NCBI RefSeq assembly: GCF_009914755.1
Contig: NC_060941.1
Source: the human T2T-CHM13v2.0 reference genome, Homo sapiens
Reading direction: 5' to 3' (one strand)
Length of the DNA stretch: 64,000 nucleotides
A model generated the notes under the pieces. It did not search any database, was not told the DNA's origin, and worked only from the letters and a program-made list of their open reading frames with translations. This document shows, piece by piece, positions 13,786-26,748 of the stretch. How positions within the stretch are numbered: the first letter of the stretch is position 1; each line of letters begins with the position of its first letter. Made by a program: the position numbers and the translations under genes.

Positions 13786-15311
13786 TGATATGGTTTGGGT
13801 CTGTGTGCCCATCCAAATCGCATGTTCAATTGTAATCCTCAGTGTTGGAGGTGGGGCCTGGTAGGAGGTGATTGGATTATGGGGGTGGATTTTTCATTAG
13901 TGGTTTAGGACCAAACCCTTGATGCTATTCTCCTGATAGTGAGTTCTCACAAGATCTGGTTGTTTAAAAGTAAAACTCCAAACCATAAAAACCCTAGAAG
14001 AAAACGTAGGCAATACTATTCAGGACATAGGCATGGGCAAAGACTTCATGACAAAAACACCAAAAGCAATTGCAACAAAAGCCAAAATTGACAAATGGGA
14101 TCTAATTAAACTAAAGAGCTTCTGCACAGCAAAAGAAACTATCATCAGAGTGAACAGGCAACCTACAGAATGGGACAAAATTTTGCAATCTACCCATCTG
14201 ACAAAGGTCTAATTATCCAGAATTTAAAAGGAACATAAACATATTTACAAGAAAAAAAAACCCCATTAAAAGTGGGCAAAGAATATGAACAGACACTTCT
14301 CAAAAGAAGACATTTACATGGCCAACAAACATGAAAAAAAGCTCAACATCACTCATCATCAGAGAAATGCAAATCAAAACCACAATGAGATACCATCTCA
14401 TGCCGACAGAATGGTGATTATTAAAAAGTCAGGAAAAAATAGATGCTGGAGAGATGGTGGAGAAATAGGAATGCTTTTACACTGTTGGTGGGAATGTAAA
14501 TTAGTTCAACCAGAGTGGAAGACAGTATGGCGATTCCTCAAGGATCTAGAACCAGAAATACCATTTGACCCAGCAATCTCATTACTGGTTATATACCTTA
14601 AGGAATATAAATCGTTCTACTATAAAGACTCATGGACGCATATGTTCATTGCAACACTTTACAATAGCAAAGACTTGGAACCAACCCAAATACCCATCGA
14701 CGATAGATTGGATAAAGACAATGTGGTACATATACACCATGGATTACTATGCAGCCATAAAAAGGAATGAGATCATGTCCTTTGCAGGGACATGGATGAA
14801 ACCGGAAGCCATCATCCTCAGCAAACTAACACAGGAACAGAAAACCAAACATTGCATGTTCTCACTCATAAGTGGGAAGTGAACATTGAGAACGCATAGA
14901 TGTAGAGAGGGGAACAACACACACCAGGGCCTGTTGGGGGGGTTGGGAATTGAGGGGAGAGAACTTAGATGATGGATCAATAGGTGCAGCAAACCACCAT
15001 GACACACGTATACCTATGTAACAAACTTGCACATTCTGCACATGTATCCCATTTATTTTTTTGAAGAAATAAAGAAAAAAAGTGTGTAACACCTTCCCAT
15101 CTCTGGCTGCTCTTGCAGTGTAAGACATGCCTGCCCCGTTCAGCTTCTGCCATGATTATAACCTTTCTGAGGCCTTCCCAGAAGTCAAACTGATGCCAGC
15201 ATCATGCTTCCTGTACAGCCTGTGGAATGGTGAGCCAATTAAACCTATTTTCTTTATAAATTACCCAATCTCAGGTATTTCTTTATAGCATTGTGAGAAT
15301 GGATTAATACA
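13786..15311 (+). mobile_element. MSTA-like MaLR solo LTR interrupted by L1
   Basis: The 5' part tgatatggtttggg...gatctggttgtttaaaagt spans 13786-13971; the 3' part gtgtaacacc...gagccaattaaacc...ttaataca spans 15084-15311. Confidence 0.9.
13972..15081 (+). mobile_element. 5'-truncated L1PA (L1PA8-like), about 1.1 kb: ORF2 C-terminus plus 3'UTR, frameshifted
   Basis: Translates to MNRHFSKEDI...CWRDGGEIGMLLHCWWECKLVQP (L1 ORF2 Cys-rich end) with frameshifts; G-rich 3'UTR; tail gtatccc-Tn-gaagaaataaag; TSD aaaagt at a TT/AAAA site. Confidence 0.95.
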
Positions 15312-15499
15312 AGATATCTCACAGGAGAAGGAACATTTAATAATGATTGACATTTGCTGATTCCTCACTGTGGTCCAGACATCCTGATAAGCACTTTTAT
15401 AAACATTGTTTTCCTCAATTCTCCCAACAACAAACTACAATCCCCATTTTATAGACAAGGAAACAGGCTTTATTTGTGAGATTTAGCAGAGAATCATGG

Positions 15500-15500
<1 letters not shown>

Positions 15501-15539
<39 letters not shown>
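15501..15539. repeat. (CA)19 microsatellite
   Basis: Perfect CA run. Confidence 0.98.
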
Positions 15540-15543
<4 letters not shown>

Positions 15544-15559
15544 AGCATTTCAGCTGCTA

Positions 15560-16600
15560 TGGGGATCCCTAACTTGTATGGGCTCCCCCTCTGAAGCCCT
15601 TGGAAAACCCTAGCACTGATGTTGTATATTTTGATAACATTTGCAAGCTATTTTACTGGCAATCAGTATTGTCTTTTTCCACCATGACTTCTCTTCTGTC
15701 ATAATTTCCTTTGTGTGTGTGTGTATTGAGTGATTTGAGAAGTCTTGGCATCTGGCTAAGGTTGTGTTTTAGATACATTTGTTTTGGGTTGAATAGGATA
15801 TGTTTATATGGATTTTGGTCACTTCTGTGCGTAGTTAAATGATTGCTGACTATTCTGGTGTAGGAGTGGCTTCCAGGAATACTCCCACCACCTAGCACTG
15901 CAGTTCACTGGGTGTGGTGATGTCAAGTCCAGGGCCCAGGTCATGGAGTTATATGAATAAGTCCTATAGCATCTAGTGCAGAATGACGTGGGTCATAGAG
16001 GAGAAACAAAGTGGGAAATGTACTGAGCCAGAAGCTCTGTATGGAAAATTCTTCCAATGATGAGACATGGAAAGTTGTATAATGAAGACATTTTTCATTG
16101 ATGCCTAATCAAAATAGAAGTTTCCTTTTTTCAGCAACGTATAATACTAATGTGGGCATTAATATGTTTGTACTATACATTTATTTTACTTTTCAAATGG
16201 CATTTTGCAAGATAGAATTCATGAAAATTCTTGAATTTGTAAGACCTGGACACATAGCAGTATAATAAAAAATGGTTACATCTGTGCTTGATGCATCCCA
16301 ACTCTCAATAATATATTTTTTTGACCAACTATGCTAGACAAAAGACTGAGTCATATTTCTATTCACTCTCTAGAAAATTGTTATCACAAAATTGTTTTCC
16401 TATGAAGAAGCAATCTCAGAATATGCCACCCAAAAACATAGAAAAAATGTATTATAGAGGTGGGTCAAGCAGCTAATTAATAAAAATATTCTTATTTTTC
16501 TAGATATTGTGTTTGCAGTATTGGTTAGCTATTTTAAAATTTGCAGCCTCTTGTGATATTTTCTCATTCTCACTTTCATTTACACTTAATTTTGTATATT
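15560..16600 (+). mobile_element. hAT-Tip100 DNA transposon relic (Zaphod/Arthur-like) with transposase C-terminal remnant
   Basis: From 16331 it reads MLDKRLSHISIHSLEN, then after a frameshift YEEAISEYATQKHRK, resembling the hAT C-terminal dimerisation region; outer boundaries are approximate. Confidence 0.6.
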
Positions 16601-16602
16601 TT

Positions 16603-16813
16603 ATGAGCCAATTCCAGTCTGTTCATGATCTTTGCTTCCTGACTCCAGCCCTACAGACTTTAGCTTTCCTTAGGCAGCCCCCATAGTTGCATAAGCTGAT
16701 TTATTATAATAAATCACACACATACACACACACACATCTCAGATATACATTACATCTATCATCTCTATCATCTCTTATTGGGTTCTGCTTCTCTGATTGA
16801 GCTCTGACTGATA
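16603..16813 (+). mobile_element. ERVL LTR 3' fragment (MLT2-like) with internal CA repeat
   Basis: cagcccccatagttgcataagc...aataaatc(CA)n...ggttctgcttctctgattgagctctgactgata. Confidence 0.6.
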
Positions 16814-16859
16814 AAGATGATGATGACGATCTAACAACAATAACAATATTAGAATCTCA

Positions 16860-17060
16860 TACTGATTGAGAATTTATCATGTACCAGACATGATGCTTAA
16901 CACTTTTCAGGCATTAGTCTTACTTACTCTGCTCAACTCCATTAGGCAGATGCTATATTATCCCTTTCTATGGGTGAAAAAAACAGAGGCACAGAGAGGC
17001 TGAGCAAGTGATCATATAGCCAGTCAGCCTCAGCCAGAATTGCAACCCATGTCTCCCTGG
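16860..17060 (-). mobile_element. MIR SINE
   Basis: ttgagaatttatcatgtaccagacatgatgc...aaacagaggcacagagaggctgagcaa. Confidence 0.75.
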
Positions 17061-17807
17061 CCTGTGCCCTGGACTAGCCCAGGGTGTAGCATGAGTGACA
17101 GCACTGGATGGGACCCCTCATGCTACGTGAGGGAAACACAAGCAGATTCCACCCTTTGGCTGCTCAAAGTCAGGAGTCACGAACAATGAGATGGAAGAAG
17201 CCATGAGGATTTATGTCAAAGTCATAGTCACTCTGTGTGGAAGCCTTCTTGTGGGTGAGGTAGGCAGGCAAGAATCCTCATAAACAGAACAGAGAACATA
17301 GCATGTCAGAGAAGGAAGGCACTCTGAGATCGGCTAGTTCATCTGCCATGGGAAATATGAGCAAATTGAAGCCCTGCAGAGATATGGAGAAGCATCAGGG
17401 TGTAAATAGGCTATCAGGTTGGTAATGCCACATGGTATAGATTCCTTTTGCTGTAGAAGTCTCGCCATGACCCTGGACCCCATTGGGCAGGGGAACTGGA
17501 TTCCAACAAGGTCTGCCCTCCAAAAAATTCAGTACAGTAGCCAAGGGTTAGTATGAAATTTGAGGGAGAGACAAATTTGACACATTAATATTTGACATTT
17601 CACAGGCAGGAAGTAGTGAGTCCCCAAACCTGTATATAACAACATAGTTACTGCAAGGCTGAGGAGGTGGCCTTTGGCTCCAGATGTGTTGTTGATTATG
17701 CCAATGGCAAAGAAAGCATGGTGGCTTTCATGCAAATAATGGTAATATTGAGAATGGAAATAATAATAGTACTAATAATCATTTATTTCTTTAAAGTGCT
17801 ATAATAG

Positions 17808-18144
<337 letters not shown>

Positions 18145-21100
18145 TATTTACATGTTTAATAGGATGTTGTCTGTCACTACTATTATTCCCATTACACAAA
18201 TGAGAGTATTGAGGTCCACTAAGCAATTGGTCCTAGGTAACCCAGTGGGTAGTGGTGGAGCTGGTCTTGGCCTTCAGGTCCCACTTAACTCCATTCTCCA
18301 CTGTTCAGTGCCACCTGCTACTTCCAAGGGCTGGGAACATGTCTCTGGACAATGACCAGGCAAGGGTGATAGTCCCCCATTCCCTCCACTCCCGGCTTCT
18401 CTTTTTCTTTGTGAACAATAGAATATGTAGCTATTTCTCATTGGGGGTGGTGGAGGGGGGAGGTGAGGAGCAGCTGGAGAACCGGCTGACTTCCAGGCTG
18501 AGAGATGATGATGAGTTTGCACCAGTGGCGGTCAAAATACAGAGATTAATTACACTCAACCCAAGAAGTGGGTATTTATGGGCTGTCAGTCAGAAGAAAA
18601 TATTTTGAAGCCAAAATTTGAAAACTGTCACAACTGGTGTTCTGAATTCGTAGATATCTTGGGTGCCTTGTAATGCCTTCTATTTTTCATTTAGAAAAAA
18701 GAAAATACCTGTCTTTGAAAATCACAGTGGCTTATGAAGTGGTCAGACTGAGTTTCAGTTTTGAGCTCTCTAGGTGCCGTGGGCCGAGTGGCTGGCATGT
18801 AACACATTCAGGCAGAGATGCTCCATGAGGAACTTCTTAAAATATGGTGCAGAGAACATAGGCTCAAGAGCTTGACTTGAGGTCCTCTCCTTTCCAGCCC
18901 TGAGACCTTTGGCAAATTCATCTCCATGCACTTGTTTTCTTCACCTGTAAAATGGGATCCAGATCAACACCCTCTCCAAATGGCCAAGGGGATTAAGTGA
19001 GATTCATTCATCCACTGCCCAGAACAGGACTTTGACTAATGTTTTAGTCCTACCTGTAGCATTTGAAGTAATTAACAAAATGCTTTTCAAACAGTACCTG
19101 TTAGATAACCCTGTGTGGAAAGAATGAATGAAAAATAAGGGGAGCCTTTAACTGAAATGTTGAGGCTGCTTCCCTAACATTGACCCTAAAATCTGTCTAG
19201 TCTAGCCTGTTTTACACTTTTTGCTGGGTAAGAAATATCTATAGTAATTCATAGGTTTTCTAATAAATAGCCATGCACATATAACATTTGTTTATAGGTG
19301 TAAAAATGACAAATACTTGCAGAGCACTTTCCAAAACTTAATCTGTGTTATTTTATCTTATCCTCACAATAATGCAATGAGCTGCAGATACTAGCACTGC
19401 TGCTGCTGCTACTTCTGCTAAACATTTGCACTAACTGGGGATCTGCTGTGGGCCAACCTCTGTACTTACTAAGTGCTGTGTGTACTTCATTTACGGTGAA
19501 TTCCTCAGCGCAGGCTATCAACAGCATTTTTCAGAGCCAAGAATCAAACTCAAGCCAATCTGAGACCATAGCCATTGTTGCAAAGCAAGGGTTATTGTCT
19601 CATTATGTAGATGAGGAAACACACTAAAAGGAGTTGCAAGACTTGCTTCAAATGTCCTATCTTGTAGGAGGTAGGATCTGGAGCCAAATCCATGTATTCT
19701 TGCTTCAGATTGTAAGCTTCTACCATGTGCCTGTTTCTCAACCTGGTGATGGTGAAAAGAAGGACGTGGTCAGTCTGCTTTCATTGAATGCTTCTATCTA
19801 CCAAGTCCGTGCCAAACAGCTAATAATATACTTCGTCATTTGATCTACCCAAACACAATGATATACATGTTCACAGAAAGATGCTTGAGGGTTCAGTCTC
19901 CGGAATGTTAATGGCTATTATCTCCAGGTGGTATGGTAGGATTTCAGACGATGATGGTGACGATGATTTTCTTCATCATTTTACATGTGGTTTTTGAAAA
20001 CAGAGACAGTAAAACTTAAGAGCACACACTCTAACTGCCTTTTCTTGGAGGTGTTATTTATCCTGACTTTCTGGCTGAGGAAAATTAGGCTAAGAGAGAG
20101 ACAGTGAATGGTCTATTCAAAATTAACTTGCAAAGCTCTAGCTCACCCATTCCACTGAGCTGCCTCCTAGGAGCCCCAATTTGCAGGACAAAAGTGCAGT
20201 GTCCTGAGTGACTTTATAGTCTCCTCCATGACAGAGGGCATGGTTTCTTGGGCCCTAAATTTGTACCTAGATTCACATGGTAGTGGGGCCTCAGGCTTTC
20301 CCACAAGGACAGGCTGAACAGGTCAAGGGGCTACTTCCTAAATGCTGGGCTGCAGCTGATCGGGTGTGTTGTGTGTTACAAAGGCCCCTCAGGGTGTAAA
20401 ATGCCCTTCCTGACCTCACATTCTTCATCAGTCATTGCCTGGGAAGATGGAGGTGGTGATGCTGCAGAGAGGGCCTGGGAACCATTGGTGAATGGGTGAG
20501 CATGTAGTATGGATGAATTGTGGGTCAGGGGTGATGCACATCTCATTTCAAACACTGTAGTGTGGGGGTTGTAGAGAAGGAGGTATGTGACTACCTGTTA
20601 GACCTGTTCTTTTGTTTTGGAAATTTGATGCTATGTCCAAAATTCAAAAATTTAGATGACTCAGTAGAAAGTTCATGGTGAAAAATGACATCTTCCAGGT
20701 AATATTGGGTGAGCCCTCCGAGGCCATTAAATTCCAGCCTTGTCCACAGAGACAAACAAGCCTTCTATCACAGTCACCACCAGACCTGTTGATATAGCAT
20801 ATTTATTAAAACATAAAATCAGCTCATTGCCTTACAGCCTTTTATGATCGAGATCAAAATGACCAGCAGCAGGTAGCACAGTTTAGTAGAGAAAACACCA
20901 GGACTGGGGCCTGGTTCTAGTCCTTAGCTCTGTCTCTAACAAGCAGTATATCTTTGAATAAGACACTTGGGCCCTCTGAGACCCCTTATCTGTAAGATAA
21001 GAAAATGAGCCACATTATCTGAATGACCTATAAATACAATGGAATTCAATTCAAGTCTGCATTTATTAGGCATCCACTTGTGTCCAGCACTGTATCATGG

Positions 21101-21203
21101 TAATCAGAGCAAAGCTGGAGATTGTAGGAGCTTGATTCTGTGATACCACAATGAACTTCTCTACATTACAGAGAAACCATGAAGACTGTCTGTACTGAAT
21201 GGT

Positions 21204-21549
21204 TTGTGCAATGCTCAGATGTTCCTTTAGGTCTGAGGCACCTATTCCCTCAGTTAAGGAAGTGTTCTCACCAACACTACTCATCCTACACCATGACTGG
21301 TTGATGCTAGGGTCCAAAGGCCCAGCCCTTCCCTTGGATTAGGAACATCTTTGAAAATCTCCTTCAACTCCAGAGTCCTGCATGGGAAAGTTGAGGTCTA
21401 ACTGCATTGCAGTTTAACTTCTCTCTTTGCCCCATCCTTTTTGCCTTACTCCTTCACAGAAGCCCTTGTTCCTGAGAGCATGCCCCTCCAACCTTGCCAT
21501 GTGCAAGTCTCTCAGAGTCTATTTCCTGGAGGAACTCAAACATTGACAT
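21204..21549 (+). mobile_element. LTR16-family ERVL LTR
   Basis: gcattgcagtttaacttctctctttgcccc...gtgcaagtctctcagagtctatttcctgg. Confidence 0.6.
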
Positions 21550-22934
21550 GAAATCTCATGGCCTTTGGAAAAAAGGGGTCCCTCCAGTGTCAACCTTCCC
21601 CTACTCCCATCCCTTCTGTCCACTGAGCCCATATCCACTCAGAGTGGTTCTGAGCATACCTGTTGCCCATCCCAGTTCCTGGGATACAGACACAGAAATA
21701 CCTTCTGTGGTTTCAGGGGAGTAATGTGATGATCCATGCATTGATAGATATCTCTCATAAATATGGCCCAGGGGCCCTGTTAATCTTTAGTTTTGAAAGG
21801 GAAACTAAGAAAGCCTAAGTTCTTGCTTTCTTGATATCAAAGACCTGCAATCAGTAGCACTTCAATGGGAGCAAACTCCCTGGGGCCAGAACTTATCCAG
21901 GTAGCTGGAAGACCAACTCTTCCCCTTGAAGTTAAACAACAACAAAAAAAGAGGTCTGAGTTGAGCACATGGCAGAAATTCATGAATACTTGTTGAATCT
22001 GGGAGAATTCCAGTAGATTATCAACACTGTTAAGATGAGGCTTTGTGAGAGGTTGACTGCATATGCCTTTACTGTAAATCTCCATGACTGTGAGGGCATT
22101 TTCCACTTAATAGGCCAAGTGCCACAATCACAGTGGCTTCTTCTTGCCCTTGGTTTAGAAAACCATAATTGTGTCGGAGGACAGACTCCCCCACCTTCCT
22201 TGTAGACCACCAATGTGTTTAGTACATACTTTGAGAAAATTCTCAGTTGAGTTCAAGGCTCTGTGCTCCCTGGGAAACATGGAATACACACCAGAGTGCC
22301 ACAGAATGGAAAACACATAATGCTAAGCACATCTGGGTCAGATCCCAAATCTAGTATCTGCCAGTTTGTGTCCTTGAACAAGTCATTTTGCTCCTCAGGA
22401 TTCTTGTTTGCTTATTGATAAAAATAAGGCTAATTCTTAACTTCCAAGGATTTTGTTGGAATTAGAAATAATATTACATGCTTAATAGCAGGTTGGATCT
22501 CAAAGCTAGTTATTATTAGTAGTAATAATAATACCTAGATAATACTGATATTACAAAGGAAATGAACATTAGCTAGCCTGTATAATGTAAAGGCTAAAAC
22601 TGTAGTGAACACTGACTCTATATCATGGTCAACTTTAAATATTATGTAACAACAGACACTCACACATACATTTCCAAGATCCATCTGATACTTGAAAATG
22701 ATGCTGCCAGAAACGCTCTTTCCCTTTAGTCATTGGCCTTCACTCATAGCCTGGCCTATGCTTGCCTTGAATGACAAGTATGAAGTGAGGGAAAAAGGTA
22801 TTTCTGCCATACAGAGAAACTTGGGGCTGGTAGGAGATTAAGGGATGGGAACCCTGAGCTCCAGGCTTGGCTCACTCATGTACTAAAGGTGTGATCTTGT
22901 GCAAATCATTTAATCTATTGAGTCTCAGTTTCCT

Positions 22935-23400
22935 CCTTCATTTATTTATTCATTCAACCAACATTTATTATACATAGAGACTCAAGTATGGTGTCTCCCT
23001 TATGCAAGAACCATGCAGTAGGTGAGCTGGAAGTAAGCAAAGTGGAAATGCTGACATGTTCAGTGCATGTTATGGGGCATGCAGATCCAGGTGAGAGCCA
23101 TGAGAGTGGAGCCTTTTCTCTCTCACTCAGTGCCATAGTTTCACCCCTGACGCAGTGCCCAGTACATCAATATGTTCAACAAACAAATGAAGATGAAATT
23201 CTGCTGCATAGATCAGGGAAAGTTTTAGAGTGAAGGTAACACTTGAGCTGGGTCTTACATGATGAGCAAGAAGAGGTTAGAAAGAGACAGTAGGAGTGGA
23301 CCCTCCAGGCAGAAGTAGAGCTGTGCAAAGTCCTGGAGCTGAGACAAACCTCTGAGATGTCAGGGAAACGTCTGGCATGACTAGCGAGGAGTGTGCACAG
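22935..23400 (-). mobile_element. L2 fragment
   Basis: cattcaaccaacatttatt...gatcagggaaagttttagagtgaaggtaacacttgagctgggtct...tccaggcagaagtagagctgtgcaaagtcctggag. Confidence 0.6.
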
Positions 23401-25244
23401 GGAAGAATGAAATCCCTTGGCGGCACTGTGAGAATGAAATGAGTTAGTAATGCAGAATGGCTGGGGGAAATAGGTTAGGCGGTATTATTGCATCCTGCTA
23501 CCTTGATGTATAAATGTTATATATTTATCTTATAATTGTTGTTGTCATTACTTTAGATTTCAGTCTAATTTTGTTGGTCCATGATTGATCATTAGTAAAT
23601 AAATATGCATGTTGATGTGAAGCTTGGCTCTGTGTACAGCATTATTGATGGGTTCATTCACTGGTCCAACAGATATTTTATTCTGATAAATGTTAATTGC
23701 TGCTCAGAGTGCCTGACCAAGGTAATTTGCTGAAGCGTGAGTTTGCGCTTCCCTGGTTCTATTTGTCTGCAGACAGAAGGCTGTTTGGAGGACTGAAATG
23801 TGGGCATGTTCCGCGTTTGTACTCTTGGCCTTTGGGGACACTGCTCAGTGCTTGCAGCAGGGAAGGAGGTGGGGTTTCTCAATCACACCTGAGTGCTTCT
23901 TCCTACAACTTCAGCATCCTATGGCTTCCTCCTTCTCATCACTCACAGGACTAGCCCCCACACATAGGCTGGCTCAGCTGTACAGAGCCTGGCGAGAGAG
24001 GGATCATCGCAGTGTGCAAAGGAGGAAGTGGGGAGAGGTGATGGCAGAGGTGGCAGCTGAGGAGAGAGGGCTCTAAGGAGCAGATGGGAAACAGGATGGG
24101 AAAAGGAGATGCAGCTTTCATCAGTGCCGGAGGGAAGAAAATGAAGTGGGAAAAGGATGAGAGAAACTAAAGGACTAGCGAGATGAGGAGGTAAAGGGAG
24201 AGAAGTAGGTATTGGAACAAAAATTGAAAAGGGCAAGAAAGTTGGGGCAGGAGGAGGAAGTAGGAAAGGGAGACAAATGGGATGAGATAATTGTATAGAA
24301 AGATTCCTTAGAGCAGGTGTTTATGCAGAGATTCTGGGCTCAGGAAGCTTTGCTGCGTGGAAGGGTAGAGAATGTCTAAGACCACTAGCTTGCCAGCCTC
24401 CACTGATTCCCCAAAGTGAGGAGGTGTCAGGTGTCAAAATATTCAGTGGTGACGCATGAATTAGCAGAGATCAATTTGTGTTTAAGAAATCTTGATGGAA
24501 CAGCCCAAAGCACAGATCAAAGCCATCAAGCGAATGAGACTGTTCATCCAATTAGCACAAATCCAGCACCTGGCTCTGTGGAGCGCAGCAGCTCTCAGGC
24601 TGGCATCTTGATGGGGAGTAGGGTTGGCTTTGCTTATTCACTTGTCTGTTTGTGTGTTCTGTGCCGATGGAGGAAATCATCTTCAGGAATGTGCTGCAGG
24701 CTGTGCTTAAATAAAGGTCATCACATCCCTGGTTTTTCAATAATCATGAGGCATTTAATGTGAAATGAGCTCATTCCCCAGCTCAATTTAGGCAGCATTT
24801 CCACTATCTAATGCAAATCAATGATGACTCTTTGGAAGGGATCAGGGCCACCAGCAATTTCTGCTGTTTGCAATGGTCAGGGGAAAATGCCAGCCCTGGG
24901 CTGGGGAGATTGAGCCTGGCACAGCTGTGGGCCCTGGAGACTACATTAGGTGGGTTCCTGAGCATACAAACCACAGCAATTGGGAGCTGGGACTGCGAAG
25001 TCTGTGTGGGACCCAGCCATCTCTGTGTCCCTGGAGCTGCATCCTTTCTTCCAGGCCTCACTTCTGGATTTCTGTCCAGAGGCCCCAGTGGGGTAGGAGT
25101 TCTGTCCTAAATAGAATTGACAAATGCCTTGACCTCCAACTTAGTTCTTTCTGCTCTTTCTTCTTTGTAAGTGGACTTGTTACCTTTACGCCTAGGGCTA
25201 GGTCAGAGCCCTTGTCTAACTCAGAGATATATTTGTGTAATCAG

Positions 25245-25464
25245 TTCCTTCCTTCCTTCCTTCCTTCTTCTCTTTCCTTCCTTCCCTTCCTTCCATCAAT
25301 CCGTTTTTCCTCCCTGCCCCTTCCCTTTCTTCCTCTTTCCCTCCCTCCCTGCCTTCCATTTTCCCTCCCTCTCTGTTTCCTCTCTTTCTCTTTCTTTCTT
25401 TCTTTCTTTCTTCCTTTCTTTCTTTCTTTCTTTCTTTCTTTTCTTTCTTTCTTTCTTTCTTTCT

Positions 25465-25496
<32 letters not shown>

Positions 25497-25553
25497 TCCT
25501 TCTTTCTTTCTTTCTTACTTTCTTTCTTTCTTTCCTTCTTTCTTCTTTCTTCC
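25245..25553. repeat. (TTCC)n/(TTTC)n polypyrimidine compound repeat, about 310 bp
   Basis: Almost purine-free tract; source of the spurious FLSF and KERK ORFs. Confidence 0.97.
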
Positions 25554-25771
25554 ACAAGCTTTCAAAACATTTTATTTCCTGCTTTTATTTTTCTCCAAAA
25601 TGCCAACCTAGTGCAGTGATCCCAGTGTGCACCTGGGTAAGGTTTCTGGGATCAGGGCATATGAGATAATGTAGTTGCTTCTTGGACTAAATCCTAGTCC
25701 AAGAGGTAGGCTGACACCTCTGCTCTGTCATGAAGAAAACACAAGCCACATCTGCCAGTCTCAGGGTGACT

Positions 25772-25905
25772 ATAGCTACCATATATTGTTGTATAGGTTG
25801 TGTAACGAACAACCCAAGAGGGTACTCTTTACATAGATGATAATGTGAATGGTGCTCCCTAAGGTTGGGCAGTATACAACCTGCACGGCCAACCACTGCA
25901 GACTA
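25772..25905. mobile_element. MER91-family palindromic MITE
   Basis: Inverted arms aggttgtgtaacgaacaacc and ggttgggcagtatacaacct around tacatagatgataatgtgaatggtgctccc. Confidence 0.6.
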
Positions 25906-26559
25906 TCTGGGTCCCCACAAATACTGCGGCCATGCTTTGGTTGTACTAAGTACAAAACAGGGCATTGAATAAACAGTTTCTGTTCTAAAATTGGCTCTCA
26001 CTAGGTGCTTCCTTATTATCACCATGCAAATGTCCTGGACTCTGGATCCTGTATATAGAGACCTTTGAGACCTCCTGCACTTTATGACCTTAGCTGGTCC
26101 TCCATGCTCTATTACCTGCTTGACCTGGACATACCCCATTGCCTCTTCAGCTGCATCTGCATCTCAGGCCTTGACCTGTATGTTTGTGGTTATAATTCCT
26201 GGTCAGACCCATCCAAGCTCTTAGACCAGGACAATCTGTCAGCTTTGCCAGTCTGCTTCCGATTTCCTAAAGAAGTTCAACTTGGAATGCACACCCCCTT
26301 TTGCACAGGAATTGTGGGCATCAGATCTTGCTCATACAATATCAGTCACACCTTCAGGAGGGCAGAGTTAGGTTTGGGACCAAGACCTATATGACTCCAG
26401 AGTTTCTGTGCTTTTACCTTGCATACACACCTGCCTTTGGTGTGTACGAATTCCCAAAAAAGTTGCACAAAGAACAGACACTGATACCCTACAGAAGAGA
26501 TGAGAAATAACCCTTTCTAACTGCTTTATCCACTTACGGAGGAGCAGATCCATTAGAAA

Positions 26560-26748
26560 GTCATTTCTCCCACTTCCCTGACAATCATAATAATCAAGGG
26601 GTAGTTGTTAAACATGTAAATTCCAGGGACCACTCACACCCACAGTATCAGAATTTCTAGGGGGATGATCCTGGGAAATGGTGTCAATGGTGTCTTTAAA
26701 ACACATTGCAGGAGATTCCTATTATTATAAAAATGTAGGAAACTTTGG
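26560..26748. mobile_element. MER5-family MITE
   Basis: aacatgtaaattccagggacc...atcagaatttctaggggg...caggagattcctatt. Confidence 0.55.

Noticed and set aside
14285-14882. ORFs with L1 ORF2 similarity
   Set aside because: Frameshifted C-terminal pieces of a truncated L1, not a gene.
24873-25619. Longest ORFs (248, 146, 113 and 104 aa)
   Set aside because: They are open only because the TTTC/TTCC tract has no stop codons; the FLSF and KERK products are low complexity.
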